From positions 1 to 64,000 of the forward strand of contig ADNK01000411.1 of assembly GCA_000320545.1 (NCBI GenBank): a stretch of 64,000 nucleotides of DNA, written 5' to 3'. The notes under the pieces are model-generated. The model was not told where the DNA came from and ran no database searches. It worked only from the letters and a program-made list of their open reading frames with translations. The translations under genes were made by a program, and so were the position numbers. This document shows positions 11,787-23,834 of this stretch, one piece after another; position 1 is the first letter of the stretch; the number at the start of each line of letters is the position of its first letter. The stretch is from Bigelowiella natans CCMP2755 (Eukaryota; Protista; Cercozoa).

Positions 11787-13869
11787 TCAATTAGGTTTAG
11801 TTGAAGTAAGTTCTTTCCATTGAAGTCTTCGTCGCTCTTTTTGCTTAGCTTCCTTCTCAACCTTTTCTTCGTAAACTTTTGAGCACTGAAAAACGACGAA
11901 ACTCAGGGCATCTACTAAGCTAATAATAAGTATTTGTTACCTCTTCTACGAGATCTGAGTCCAGATCCATGAAGATTTTGAGGACATTCAGAGTTAAGGT
12001 GCTAACTGTTGGATTCCAATGATTCTGAGAGTTCTCGTGGAGGGCTACATAATCAGGATATCTTTGATTAGATACAGACGTTTATAGGTTAGAAAACGTT
12101 ACCTGAGAAGATGATTGGAAGGATTTTCGCGCGATGATCCGCTATCAGACTAGATATGTATTCGTTATGCCAGACGAATAAGGCTCGCTCCGCAATCTAC
12201 ATATTTATATTATCATTTTGTGCCAACTCCATAAACTGCGTGAAATTTAAGTTAGAACCTGAAAATGTGGACTGCTGACTGAAATTTTTATCTGCCTGAA
12301 AAGAGGCTTAAGAATGATTTCGAACTCTTCAGGCTGAGTGAGTTCCAGAAGCTCCTCCAACTCATTGAGAAACAATAATTCTTTGTTGCTATTTACAGCG
12401 GGCCAAATCTTTAAAAGACCTAAAACAGTGTCACATATCCTTTTAAGTATATCCTAAGTAACAAGTGTTCAGCTGAAAGATACCGAGAATTACGGTTGGA
12501 GAAAGAGTATGATCTTTGTCGACGAATTGCGTGACGCAATAAGATAACTGCTGGTGGAAAACCTGTAAAGGCTTTACTTTGTGCATTGGGATTAAAACAG
12601 TCTTTAGAAACTGTTTATGTTCTGCCTTCAGGGGTAGAGCAAACCCACTAATAATACTTCCTGTAGAAAATGATAACCAGTCAGAACAGATTGCTGATGA
12701 ATAAAATTAGCTACAACCTAGGATTTCAAGCAACTCTGCTACACCATTGTGGTGTTCGGTCTCGTAGATAAAATTGTAGAATGTCAAACTAATTGATTTA
12801 CGTATCCATGCTGATAGCAAAATCACAAATAAGTTCGTTTTCACTTCGAATTCAGAAGAATTTCAATATACCTCTTAGCATCATGAATTTTGCGTATATT
12901 CTATGCAAGATTGTTTTAAGATAGTCGCGTTCTCTGCGGTCTTCAGAATCCAGGAGCTCAAGGAGTCCATTTACAAAGGCAGCGTTAACATACTTTCGCA
13001 TCAACCGAACATCAAGATCACCGGACACAATAAATCGGAGGAAAAACTCGTAAACGATTTGCAGGTGGGGCCATGCAGATTCATACACAGGCTCTTCTTC
13101 TTCTGGATCGATCATTGTCTTATGAACCTGTAGACCATAAATAATAAAAAAATAATAAAAATTAACTCTATCCGAATAATGGGAGTATCTGTGAGTCGAA
13201 CCTTTGGGGGCAAGGTCCGGAACAAGTTAATTTTTACCATCTTCATAACTTCAGCAACTACGTTTTCAGAGAATACAGCCTTTGATTTTCCAATAAAGTC
13301 TACCAGCTCGAGGAGGAGCTGTCTCTTATTTTCTGACGCCTTAGTTTCCGTTTGAGTTTGGTTTTCGGTGTCGATGAAGTCAAATAATACGGAACAGAGT
13401 CGTAGCTTCTCAATAAAAAGCCTAACACGACCATTTTGAGGAGTTTCTTGAAATGTAGGACTAGGTTTCAAAAGGTCTTTCATTGTGGGAGCGCTCTGTA
13501 AGAGTCAGTGTAAGGACAACATCGTCAGTGGTGATGTATTGATCTTTTTCTTATCCCTTACCGCTTTTAGGGTCGACTCTTTCTCTTTTGAGCTCCCGAC
13601 TGAAGGCTTGCTTTTTGACATGGAAGTGCTTTTGTTTTCAGATTTATGGTACTTGGTATCCCTGCTTGTTGGCTTCGTTCCCTGAAATACATTAACTTAA
13701 TCTGGAAAGAATAGAGTTGCAATGAACTTGTGACTACTTTTTTGTTCTTAGATATCGATTTTTTTAAGAACTTGTTGATCTGATGTGCAATAAGTTTTCA
13801 ATTAGAATAGGTAAGGCATCTCTTCAATATCGAAAATATGATGGAAACATTATTACACACCACATTCAT
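11787..13869 (-). CDS. PPP2R5: Protein phosphatase 2A regulatory subunit B' (B56 family); start approximate
   Basis: [110 protein letters not shown]. All introns are GT-AG; stop TGA at 11787. Confidence 0.97.
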
Positions 13870-14902
13870 TATGCAGCTCCTGGCTTATTGTTTGGAGGAA
13901 GAATGATTGCTGGTGCCTCTTTCTCGAGGAAAATATCAGGGATTTTGAAGAAAGTGATGGTTATTGTTATATTTGAGCAACGTTCCGTCTGATCCCTTGT
14001 TTTTCCAGATTGAGTCCCTGAAGCGTGGCCTGCTCTCCGAACACAATGATTAAATAGGGAATCTTCAGCTGGGGGGCGACCAAAGCTCGATATCAAGCCT
14101 AGGGATAAGCTGGAAAATTGATAATCTGCGGAGATACCCTTTCGAAAGATAACTACGACTAACTCATACTGTAGTCGTCACTCCAATTACATGATAACTT
14201 TCGCCCTTTATCGAAATCCGAGAAGAATATTAGTTTTGAATGCAATAAATTCAATGCACGTTTGAGCAAACTACAACAAACGCGAAGATCTCATGAAGAA
14301 GGCAAATTTCTGTGTCGCTTGGAGTAAAATCTCAATATCATCCACGGAAATCTATGGTGGGCCAGTTTCGCGCGCAAAGAATGGTCTTAAGGATATTATT
14401 TATTCGGCTTCAGGAACAGATGAACTTTCCATAGAACGTCAAGAGAAATATTGAGATAGATCTATGCCATCCCTTGTAGAGAAATGCCGAGAAGAATCCA
14501 CACGCTGATGATCGCGACAAAAGAGGTCACGAAAAAATAAAATTTTGAATTTTAGTTATGCGTCAGGGCATCATCATCATGAAAGGTTGCCAGATGTTTC
14601 CCCGAAGGAATCTTTGCTAGTGATCGAGCCGAAGATGTTGGTCTGTTTTTTGGTTGAAATTACCTAAAATCATGTGATTATATTCACCATCTCACGCCAA
14701 CTCTCATTGAATCTAGTTACGTCACCTCTCCTGTGTGCGAGCTTCTAAGAACATAACAAGCAGACACAGCAACAACCGGGGGAGGGGGAAGAGGAAGTCT
14801 TTGGTGAGTATGACCCGCACGCTGTTTATTGATCAGTTACATAGTTTTGGAGTGACCAAATGTCTTCGTACGGTTTCACAGAGCTCGCCTGGCGGAAGCA
14901 GC

Positions 14903-16006
14903 ATGAAAGCCCCTCCTGCTTCCCGGTACCTGGAAAATGTTGTTGTGGAGACGACACCAAGCTCTGCATCCCAGCTAGAAATTATGACTCGGCAGGAGAA
15001 ATTATCGAATGATCCCGACGCTGGTACCAAGGAGGTCAAGCACCTTTTCGCATGCGCTGTTGAATCACATCTCTTGATATATTATTATCGTACGCAGGCA
15101 GGATCCATGATAAAGAATCTTGTTTGTCTCGGCTTTTTTTTAATGTTGGGGCCATCCTTGATTATGGTCAACAAATATATTTTACACGATATTGGATTTA
15201 AATATCCCATCACGCACACGTGCTTCACGACACTCTTCTGCTCCGTCGGGATCTGGATATCTGTACACGTCTTTGGCATTAAGTTAAGCCACGCCCCGAT
15301 TGTGACCTGGAGGTTCTATATACGGAATATCATGCCTATCGGCTTCTTTCAAGGCGCCACAATAGTTCTGGGGATGACCTCGTACCTCTATCTAACGGTT
15401 TCATTCGTTCAAATGCTAAAAGCCTCCACGCCTGTGATGATAGTAGTATTTCTGAGGCTTTTCCAGATTGAGTTTCCAACCTCCGAGATTCTAGTATCGG
15501 TGCTCATTATTTCAACTGGGGTAGTGATGTCCAGCTACGGGGAGATTAATTTCAGCATAATTGGAGTTTTGATTATGCTTTGCGGGCAAGTCGCTGAGGC
15601 GCTTCGGCTTGTGTTCACGCAAAAGCTGCTGAAAAATCTTAAATTTACAGTTGTGGAAAGCTTGTGCTTTATTACACCAGCTGCCTCGATGTGGGTCTTT
15701 ATCATAGCACTTGTGGTGGAGTTCCCAAGAATGGATGCAGACACATTAAAGTTGGTGAGAGACAATGCTCACTGGTTCATAATTGCTGGATTCCTTGCCT
15801 TAGGGGTGAATATAATAAACTCTGTCGTCATCAAATTTACAGGTTCTCTAATGATGAAACTACTAGCTACCGCACGAAATGCTTCGCTAGTGTTATTCAA
15901 TGTGATATTTATGGGTGAGGCTGTAATGGCGGTTCAATTCTGTGGATACACGATATCTCTTGGAGGATTCCTCTTGTACAATTATTTTCGCCTGAAAAAA
16001 GAATGA
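14903..16006 (+). CDS. Triose-phosphate/nucleotide-sugar transporter (TPT/SLC35 family)
   Basis: Multi-TM ORF with NKYIL...FKYP, SYLYLTVSFVQMLKASTPV, AEALRLVFTQKLL and QFCGYTISLGG. Probable in-frame 63-nt intron at 15035-15097; likely ATG at 14903. Confidence 0.93.
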   Translation: MKAPPASRYLENVVVETTPSSASQLEIMTRQEKLSNDPDAGTKEVKHLFACAVESHLLIYYYRTQAGSMIKNLVCLGFFLMLGPSLIMVNKYILHDIGFKYPITHTCFTTLFCSVGIWISVHVFGIKLSHAPIVTWRFYIRNIMPIGFFQGATIVLGMTSYLYLTVSFVQMLKASTPVMIVVFLRLFQIEFPTSEILVSVLIISTGVVMSSYGEINFSIIGVLIMLCGQVAEALRLVFTQKLLKNLKFTVVESLCFITPAASMWVFIIALVVEFPRMDADTLKLVRDNAHWFIIAGFLALGVNIINSVVIKFTGSLMMKLLATARNASLVLFNVIFMGEAVMAVQFCGYTISLGGFLLYNYFRLKKE

Positions 16007-16960
16007 TTATTTAAACCATAGATTTGAAGATATATAGGAACACGATTAAATGTATTGTAGTGACTTTATTTGGGGGATAATCAGGGATAATCAGCGGATG
16101 GTTATTTGCATGTCAGCTCAGCTATGAATGCGTATGCAACAAAAATCTGATACTATTATTATTATGATCCCAGTTTAATTTCTATCCTCTGCATCAGCAG
16201 AGTAAAATATCCTCAAGCTAATTCAACAGATGTATGTGGCGTGCGTGGTGTATGTTGTTGCGCGAAGTAACCATATGGAACACACAAGCCACACTGTACG
16301 CTGCACGTTTATCGCACAGTCTATCTATCGCTGGCTACTGCAAAACAACACGTCACGGCATTTGCAAGAATCCTAGCGTCCGTCTGCGACGCCATGGAGA
16401 GATCACGCCGCGCGATATCAACATGTGGCTAACTGCAAGCACAAGAGTAGCGTGAGCTACACACATGTGAGCTAGGCGCAGCGCAGGGCATGCATCACGG
16501 GACGCCTACTAGCTAGCTAGTGCTAGAGCGCTGGGGTGGTGAGTGTGGTGCTATCGTATTGTCGTCCCAGGTTCATTCACAGGCTTGAGTAGACAGAGTC
16601 GACTCAATAACTAAATGATTACTACGGATGACATACATAGCAGATTCCTTATGTCTGCGCTGATTACGCTAGCATAGTACAGCTAGACAGCTCTATCCGC
16701 TGCTACGCATCTGCTGGACGTTAGTGTTCTAGATCCATCAGACAGTGTGCAGGCGAAGAACAATCCATCTGGAGCCGTGAGGTTATGCCATGCTAATAGA
16801 CATGGTACGTAGAATACTACTGGGCGGCGTATCGTAGCGTAGCGCTATACAGTAGCTGCGTGGTACATGTGAAATAATAAGTACAAACATGGATATAGAA
16901 GTGATTTAGATCAGTAGTTATTATTACTACATCAAGTGACCATGCAATCAATTGATACAG

Positions 16961-17835
16961 TTAAGTCCAAATTATTGACATTGCTGCCGATCTATTATGA
17001 TTCTGTGTGCCGTTTTTAAGCACGTCTAGCCAGATGTAAATCCTCTGGAGGACATTCCTCACTGCTGCCATCATGTCCATGACGCAGTTTGCTGAAACCT
17101 ATCAGGTGTAATAAAAATTATAATACTTAAATATTATTCAAGCGGGTACACGTGAGACTTTGCCAAATATACGAAGTACGATCATATTCAGCGGCAGTGG
17201 CTACATATGGGTGCATATAATATAAGACGTTTCACCTCGATGAAGCCCCTCGTTTCCTGTTACAACCTACCAAAATACTACTTGTTTAAAATTCAATAAT
17301 GGTCCATTCATTTGCATTTCACATCATGAGTGCACATGGCGGTGAAATAATGATTGGGGATGTAACTCGCATATTTTGGGCGCGGATTCTTTGGAGTAAA
17401 CCAGTCAAATACATATAATATATGCGTGTCATTCATGTGCCCTGTGATGTGGTTGTGCTAGTGGTCTACAGGATGATGTAAATCATGGTGTGTATGGAAA
17501 AAATCGAACATTCGAAGTAGCAATCGTAAAGATTAATGAACAATGGGGTTGTTAATAAAACAACCTCAAACACAGTGTCCCGGGTTTCTTTAGTATATAA
17601 AGATGCAACCGTCACCTAAATTGAAATCATAGAAGAAGATAGGAGAAAACATTTCCTTATTAGCACAAGTTGCTATGTGCGCGTCGAGATGCAGATCCTC
17701 AGCTCACCGATGCAAGATCTTCCATCGGGAGAGACCCTCTTATATAATCGCCTGGAAACAACAGATTTAGGGAGAAGAAGAGGGGGGGGACAAAGGGGGG
17801 GAATTCATGGACTACACGCATATATTCACGCGTAC

Positions 17836-17875
<40 letters not shown>

Positions 17876-17899
17876 CCACATATGTATATAAATAAATAA

Positions 17900-17943
<44 letters not shown>

Positions 17944-18490
17944 GCATATGTATGCGTGTGTGTCTGTGTGTGTGTGTGTGTGTGTGTGTATGCGTTTGGA
18001 ACATATGCACAACCCAGATCGTATACTAAAAAAATACCTTGACGCAGAGTAACGTTTTGCATTCCGAAACCCTTTTCCTTGTGAATGGGCAATGCAGCAG
18101 CAGCATAGTAGTAGCAGCAGCATGTGAGTTAGAGGTACCGTAACAACGACAGAGAATAATAAATGACATCAAGGAGGAACAAAGAACGCACCCCGGTTGC
18201 GCCGCCAGCCCTTATGACAGTATAGTAGCTTGGCTTAGAAGAAGAAGAAGAAGAGGAGGAGGAGGAGGAGGAGGGGGACCGGGTACGTGAATTTTTACAT
18301 AGCCGAATGAACTCTTGCTCGCCTCGACGTTTCCAGTACATCGCCTTATGGCAACATGTAAACATAATCAAACACCGAGCTGAACCAACACAATCCTGGT
18401 TGGTATTCGTGCACGAATATTAAAACCAAACACCTTTTTGAACTTGTTGAGCCACTTGTATTCAACAGATGTCGTACGGGTGGCCTTCAG

Positions 18491-18556
<66 letters not shown>

Positions 18557-18915
18557 TGTTTTTGTTGTAGTAGTGGTAGCAGCAGTAGTGCGTTCACAAT
18601 TATACACGCAATGCTGATTTTAGATTCGGCAATTGTTGTGCGTTGGCATATTTTCGCAAATAGCGACGACTGACTGACATCCTCATGATCTACTCCTTGT
18701 GGGAATATCTTACCATATACATTGAAAGCAAGACTATTCGTGGTACCCCTGCAGAAACAGCCGCGTGAACAACAGATTTCACCCCTTTGTATTCGACCAT
18801 CTGAACGATGAAGCCATGATATTATTCGCTTTTTAGCTTACTGAATCGTTATTAATTCTGGAGGTTGAGAGGAAACACCCCAAACAAATATCAGCAGCAG
18901 CTGCTAAAACTAATA

Positions 18916-18963
<48 letters not shown>

Positions 18964-19533
18964 GCGCGCGCGCGCACACACACACACACACATACACATT
19001 ATACACACATACGCATTCATGAAATTTATTTATTTATATATTGTTGAATAACGTCATCCTCGTTCATTATTATGTTGATGATTGATTATTTGATGAATAT
19101 GCTCTTGCCTTCGGTGTATCTCCGTTGAGAAATCGGACCACCTGTACATAGCAGTATAGTTCGCACAAGATATCAATCCTTGTCCATACGCAGATGGTTA
19201 CATGTCCATGGATGTACATTTAAAGGAAATCTTACCCCCCCCCCCCCATCTTCTTAATACGATATCAACCATGCCCTCATATCACCTCTGAATCTTGGTC
19301 AAATACACTTCTGGCTTGGGAAGCAAATATCACCTTGAATATAATCAGCGTAGTAATTTCAATTGCTTAATTTCAGAATTTTCCCCCCAAGTTTCATATT
19401 TAAAAATAGCAGGGCTACTCACGATAATGTTTAAAGCAATAGTTGTTAATCAGATAGACATATATGATATTTCTTGGCCCTGGATTCTAAATCGCGAATC
19501 CAGCATTTTATCTCATTGCTTTTTCTTCTTCTT

Positions 19534-19564
<31 letters not shown>

Positions 19565-20305
19565 TTCATCATCATCATCATCTTCAAGGTGTTTATAACC
19601 GCTCTTGCCCGTTTGAAGTGACGTTCAAAGGTCTTTGGGTTCTTTAGATCTACACCGTGAATAATTTGCATCCCATAGGCAAGCTTCAAGATCATGTTGT
19701 CCGGAGTCTATTTATTCCGCGCCGACATATTATACCAAATATGAGGTTGAAGGTCAGAAAAGTAACGCATGAAATGGTACAAACGTACTTGCACATAAAT
19801 AAAGCCCTTGTATCTATGAGGGGTATGCATGTTGGGAGAAAGGTGGTAAGAGTAGTCCAGAATATTCATACCAATGCGACAATCGATAATTAAGATAATA
19901 GCACATACCGGCTCTGATTCTCTCGACATAGCGACGACTCTTTCACCCCTCTCAGCCAAACCGATCGCGATTAGAGTTCCAATTCTCAGCTCAGCCCCGA
20001 AAATTACGACAGGTGCCTTCAGACGCGCCAAAGGAACTTTTTCGACTGCTGTTGGATGAGCCGTTGTACCGTTTGACGCTATGAAAACCACAGTCTTGTG
20101 AGGATTTGTTTCGATTGCATTTTATGAGACGTAATATGATTGACTTACTGTTATTGAATCTATCCGTAGATATTTCTGGCGACGCTTTAAGAGATTGCCT
20201 ATGCTTTCCGGTCGCAGTACACAATAAGAGCACTGAAGTTCCAAGGAACAGTAAAAGCATTCGCGATCGCAACTGCTCCGAATGGTGTGAGCCTCTTCGA
20301 CTCAT
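16961..20305 (-). CDS. NAD(P)H-binding atypical SDR (NAD_binding_10/Tic62-like) with an N-terminal signal-like peptide; 3' end uncertain
   Basis: Spliced: [14 protein letters not shown] (hydrophobic), [11 protein letters not shown]...[25 protein letters not shown]|[64 protein letters not shown]...TVFE. Confidence 0.82.
17838..17990. repeat. (TA)n and (TG)n microsatellites
   Basis: Read directly; lies in an intron of the SDR gene. Confidence 0.95.
18917..18992. repeat. Compound (AC)n(AG)n(CG)n(CA)n microsatellite
   Basis: Read directly; intronic. Confidence 0.95.
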
Positions 20306-20781
20306 CCTGATACTTTCTTGATTCGCTAGAGACTAGAAGAAAGGAGTTCAGGATCTTAGAAATCACTGTGCCACGGTCGGTTCGGTAGGGTATCCGTGTT
20401 TGGTGGGTGCACAAGAGAAGAAGTATTTATTCCGTCTTAGGACGACACGCTATGATCGTTGTCGCATGCTAAGAAAGGGATTTGATTTCCGTTAATAATG
20501 GAAATTCTTGTACATCAAGCGTTCAGAAGATTGTCTTTGCGGTCAAAACGATCCCCCTTCTTGTCATTGTTGTTATTCTTGAAAACAAACCGTAGTCAAA
20601 TTCTGATTCCTCGACTTTCAGACTTCTTTCCGGAAATCCGAGGCGGAAAACAGTCTGCGACATGGAATATGAACGATTAAACGGGATTTCGTAGATTATT
20701 AGGGTTTGAAGAGAGGGTGCTTGCAGAAATAATCCCTTGCCAAATGAATGACAACAGCAAGGAGTGATTTCAAGCTTGTTG

Positions 20782-22480
20782 ATGCGCACAGTGAGAATAA
20801 TTCGAAAAAAAAGCCAGGAGGGGTAGAGCAGGTACAAATCAGGCATCCATGGTCTCTATACCTAGTCCAAAAAAAGCTCCTGCAAAGGTAATTCTTCCAT
20901 CGTTCATGATTTTTGAAAATGAAACTGAAAGGTGATTGAACATGTTAGCTCATGTAATCCTAGAATTCTGATAACAAACTTGCATATTCAAGGATGAACT
21001 GAGTAGTCAGCCCAAAAAGAAGAAGAGCCTTCCAGGACCGAAGAAGGTTTGGGGAAAAAATTATCCACATGCAAATCAAATCTAAAATATTTTCTGTCTT
21101 CTTCTTTCCAGCCCAAAACAGCCTATAACTTTTATCAACTGAAGGAGCGAGATAACGTTTCCAACGAAGTAAGATGATATTCATATACTCATGTGTGTCT
21201 ATGACATAAATTTTTCTCAAATGCAAGCACTTCTATGTCAACATTCCTTGAAACGTAATAAATGGAACAGTCCACAAAACACTAAAAAAATATTTTACAA
21301 TGTATTAGGTTTGGGAAAGGCTTGGACTGGATTGTAACAGGGTAACACATCAGTCTCTCATTTGTCCTATTGTATGGTATTCTTCATAATTATCCATATT
21401 AACTATTACTGCCAATTCAGATTAAGCACAATGCTGAAGTGGCACGAATTATAGGCAAGCAATGGCGTGAACTGTCTACTAAAAAACGAGAAGAGTTTCA
21501 GCGTCTTGCGAAGGAAGATAAATTCAGATATCAACGGGTCCTTAGCACCACCGTTCGTTTTGCTGTAGCATGTAGAAGACGATACAAAACGTATCTATTT
21601 TTATAATTGCATCTCTAGAATTATCCCGCGAAATTCTTTTACATCGACACATTTTTGCACATCTAAATAAAGAGGTGTTTATTTTTAGGAATTAGTTGGA
21701 CATGGCAAAAGTGTATTGGAATCTTCATCTTCATCCAAGCAGCTCAGACCAGCTTATCCGACAAATCATGCCAAAAATTCTCAGAAACGCCAAAGAGCAC
21801 CCTCTTCTTCCTCATCTGGTGCTTCACAAATAACTAGGCCTTTCTGCAGTTCGAAGATTATTATAGATCCTAATTTAAATTCATCGCTTTCTAAAGTGAG
21901 TACGAATCCTTTCTCTTCGAGCTCTTACAAGCATGATGCGAAGAGCGCAAACTTTCGAGTATCTCCTGCAGTTCCTACCGGTGCAACTTTGACGAGCAGA
22001 GCAAAATGTGCCAGAATTCCACTGGATGCCCCATCATCGTCATCCCATTCATTACTTTTGTCACAAAATAACATTATTTCTGCGAAGCATGGCTTTACTG
22101 GCCGAAATCCAATGCTATCCCCGCCCAGTCTTCCCATGTCTGGATCTCCTCTTGTGTTTCCTGGCAACCATAGTAACCTTCTAGACTCTTCTTCTCATCA
22201 ACAAAGTATTCCTTCCGATTCCAGGGGCTGGTGGTGGAATCAGACTAGTAGTGAAGTCGGAAGTGTTAGCATTGGTGATTCTCGGTTTCAAGGTAGCGGT
22301 AGTAGGGAAAACACAAAGTCATCTCTTCCAATATCTTGTTGGAGTAAATCCACTCCGTCACAGTCACCACCAACATACCCTGAAAATGATTTAAAACAAT
22401 CAACCTCTCAAGCTCCACAGCCCTGCGCTGAGCAACAACTTAAGGAAGGGAAAGATACAACGGACACGTTCTTTGTATGA
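20782..22480 (+). CDS. HMG-box DNA-binding protein with a Ser/Pro-rich C-terminal tail
   Basis: Spliced: PGPKK|PKTAYNFYQLKER...HNAEVARIIGKQWRELSTKKREEFQRLAKEDKFRYQR (21040-21537), followed by a Ser-rich last exon 21689-22480. Confidence 0.88.
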
Positions 22481-23075
22481 GTTTTTTGAGCATCTAAATT
22501 CATCTCACATGTCACAGTGTTGCTGTGAGCGCGCTCCGTTTGCCATTACTGGATGAGGGCCTGCGCACAGGCATTCATCCTAATGAACAATGCTAGAATG
22601 ACTTGCAATGAATTGCATAGCATGCGAGGCGTCACGCCGTGAAATCCAACCGACTTGCTCGCTAGTCGCCGAAGCGGCAGTGGCCATGCTGGCATGCCAG
22701 CATGCACGTGAGCAAACTGGCAAAATCGCCACTGATTGTCGCTTGCGATGATCATCATTCGACGCTGGCAGCTCCAGAGCTGGCATCAAATTCATGCAAT
22801 CAGGCGAAGATTTTCCTCTCATGGCACCAATGTTGATCTCAATTGCACAATCAGGAACTTTCCAAGTGCCACGCTGGCACGTCGATCCAAGCAGCGATCC
22901 CAGGATCCACGGTCGGGTCGCCCGAGGGAGCACCAAGCAGGACTTTGGTTTTGCTGGAATCTGAAGCATGAAAAAAGGAAGAGCAGGCAGCAGAGCCAAG
23001 ACCCAGCTAGCCAGGGCCACTCTCACATGCGAGAAAAGTCTGTTCCTCAAATCATTGACTTGGGAGTGCTCTCAG

Positions 23076-23191
23076 GAGGGAACAATGAACAATGAACAAT
23101 GATGACAAACCACATTTCCAAAATGTTGCAAGAGGGAACAATGAGAACAATGAGAACAATGATGAAAAACTTCATTTCCAAAGTGTGGCAA
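23076..23191. repeat. Tandem duplication, two ~56-60 bp units containing (GA)ACAAT sub-repeats
   Basis: GAGGGAACAATG...CATTTCCAAAATGTTGCAA is followed directly by GAGGGAACAATG...CATTTCCAAAGTGTGGCAA. Confidence 0.9.
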
Positions 23192-23283
23192 GACACTTGC
23201 AGTGCACGAAATGCAGTGCCTCGAACTGGCTTCAGTGAGGACTGACTAGCAAACTAGCGAGGGATGTCGCGCGATGTCTTGAT

Positions 23284-23370
23284 GACTTGCAGTTTGGGAG
23301 AGTTTTAAGTTTCTGATGTCCTGTAATTTGTTGATGCGACTTGCAATTTCGGAGAGTTTTGAGTTGCTGA
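23284..23370. repeat. Direct repeat, two 33-bp copies (29/33 identical)
   Basis: GACTTGCAGTTTGGGAGAGTTTTAAGTTTCTGA versus GACTTGCAATTTCGGAGAGTTTTGAGTTGCTGA. Confidence 0.9.
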
Positions 23371-23834
23371 GGGCCCTCCTCACCCCTCCCCAGCAGATCA
23401 AATCAGGAACGAGAGCACCAACTCATTGGTGGTACATACACCACCTGCAGGGGGTAACCGTTGCAAGGTCGATGAATTCTCGGTCTTAGTGAGCTCTACG
23501 TAAAACCTCTAATTCATAGACAAGAGTAAAGGAAGCCAGGGAAGATGGGACGAGGAAGGAGGCTCGAAAGGGAAAAGGAGAGAGAGAGAGAGAAAGAGAA
23601 AGAGAGAGGAAGAGAAAGAGAGGAGAGGCTGGGGAGAAGACGAGGGAATATTTGAATCGCAAATCTTCATCCAAAGGGTCAACAAACGTTGCACTTGTGC
23701 ATGCTTGTCGGCACACCCTTCACCTACTAGGGAGTATGTGTGCGAACAGTCAGTAGTTGCTACATACGTTCAAGTCCACACATTGACTGTTTCCGGGACT
23801 CTTTCCGATGTATATAGTTGGTTTAGGTAGAACC

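Larger units (their letters stand above)
22501..23430. other. TpA-depleted non-coding island containing short tandem duplications (possible degenerate repeat)
   Basis: 10 TA dinucleotides counted in ~930 bp, 5 of them in CTAG. Internal duplications at 23076-23131/23132-23191 and 23284-23316/23338-23370. Confidence 0.7.

Noticed and set aside
17699-18123. YIYIYI/HTHTHT and poly-amino-acid ORFs here and elsewhere
   Set aside because: They are translations of intronic microsatellites.
22546-23095. ORFs of 70-156 aa on both strands
   Set aside because: They are expected by-products of TAA/TAG loss and have no recognisable domain. The same applies to 10552-10899, 31561-31944 and 63071-63496.
23076-23370. 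CRISPR-like repeat-spacer pattern
   Set aside because: Only two degenerate copies of each unit, a eukaryotic context and no cas genes.
22518-23430. Solo LTR or MITE call for the TpA-poor island (begins TGTTG)
   Set aside because: No matching CAACA end, terminal inverted repeat or target-site duplication was found, so it is left as an unclassified island.
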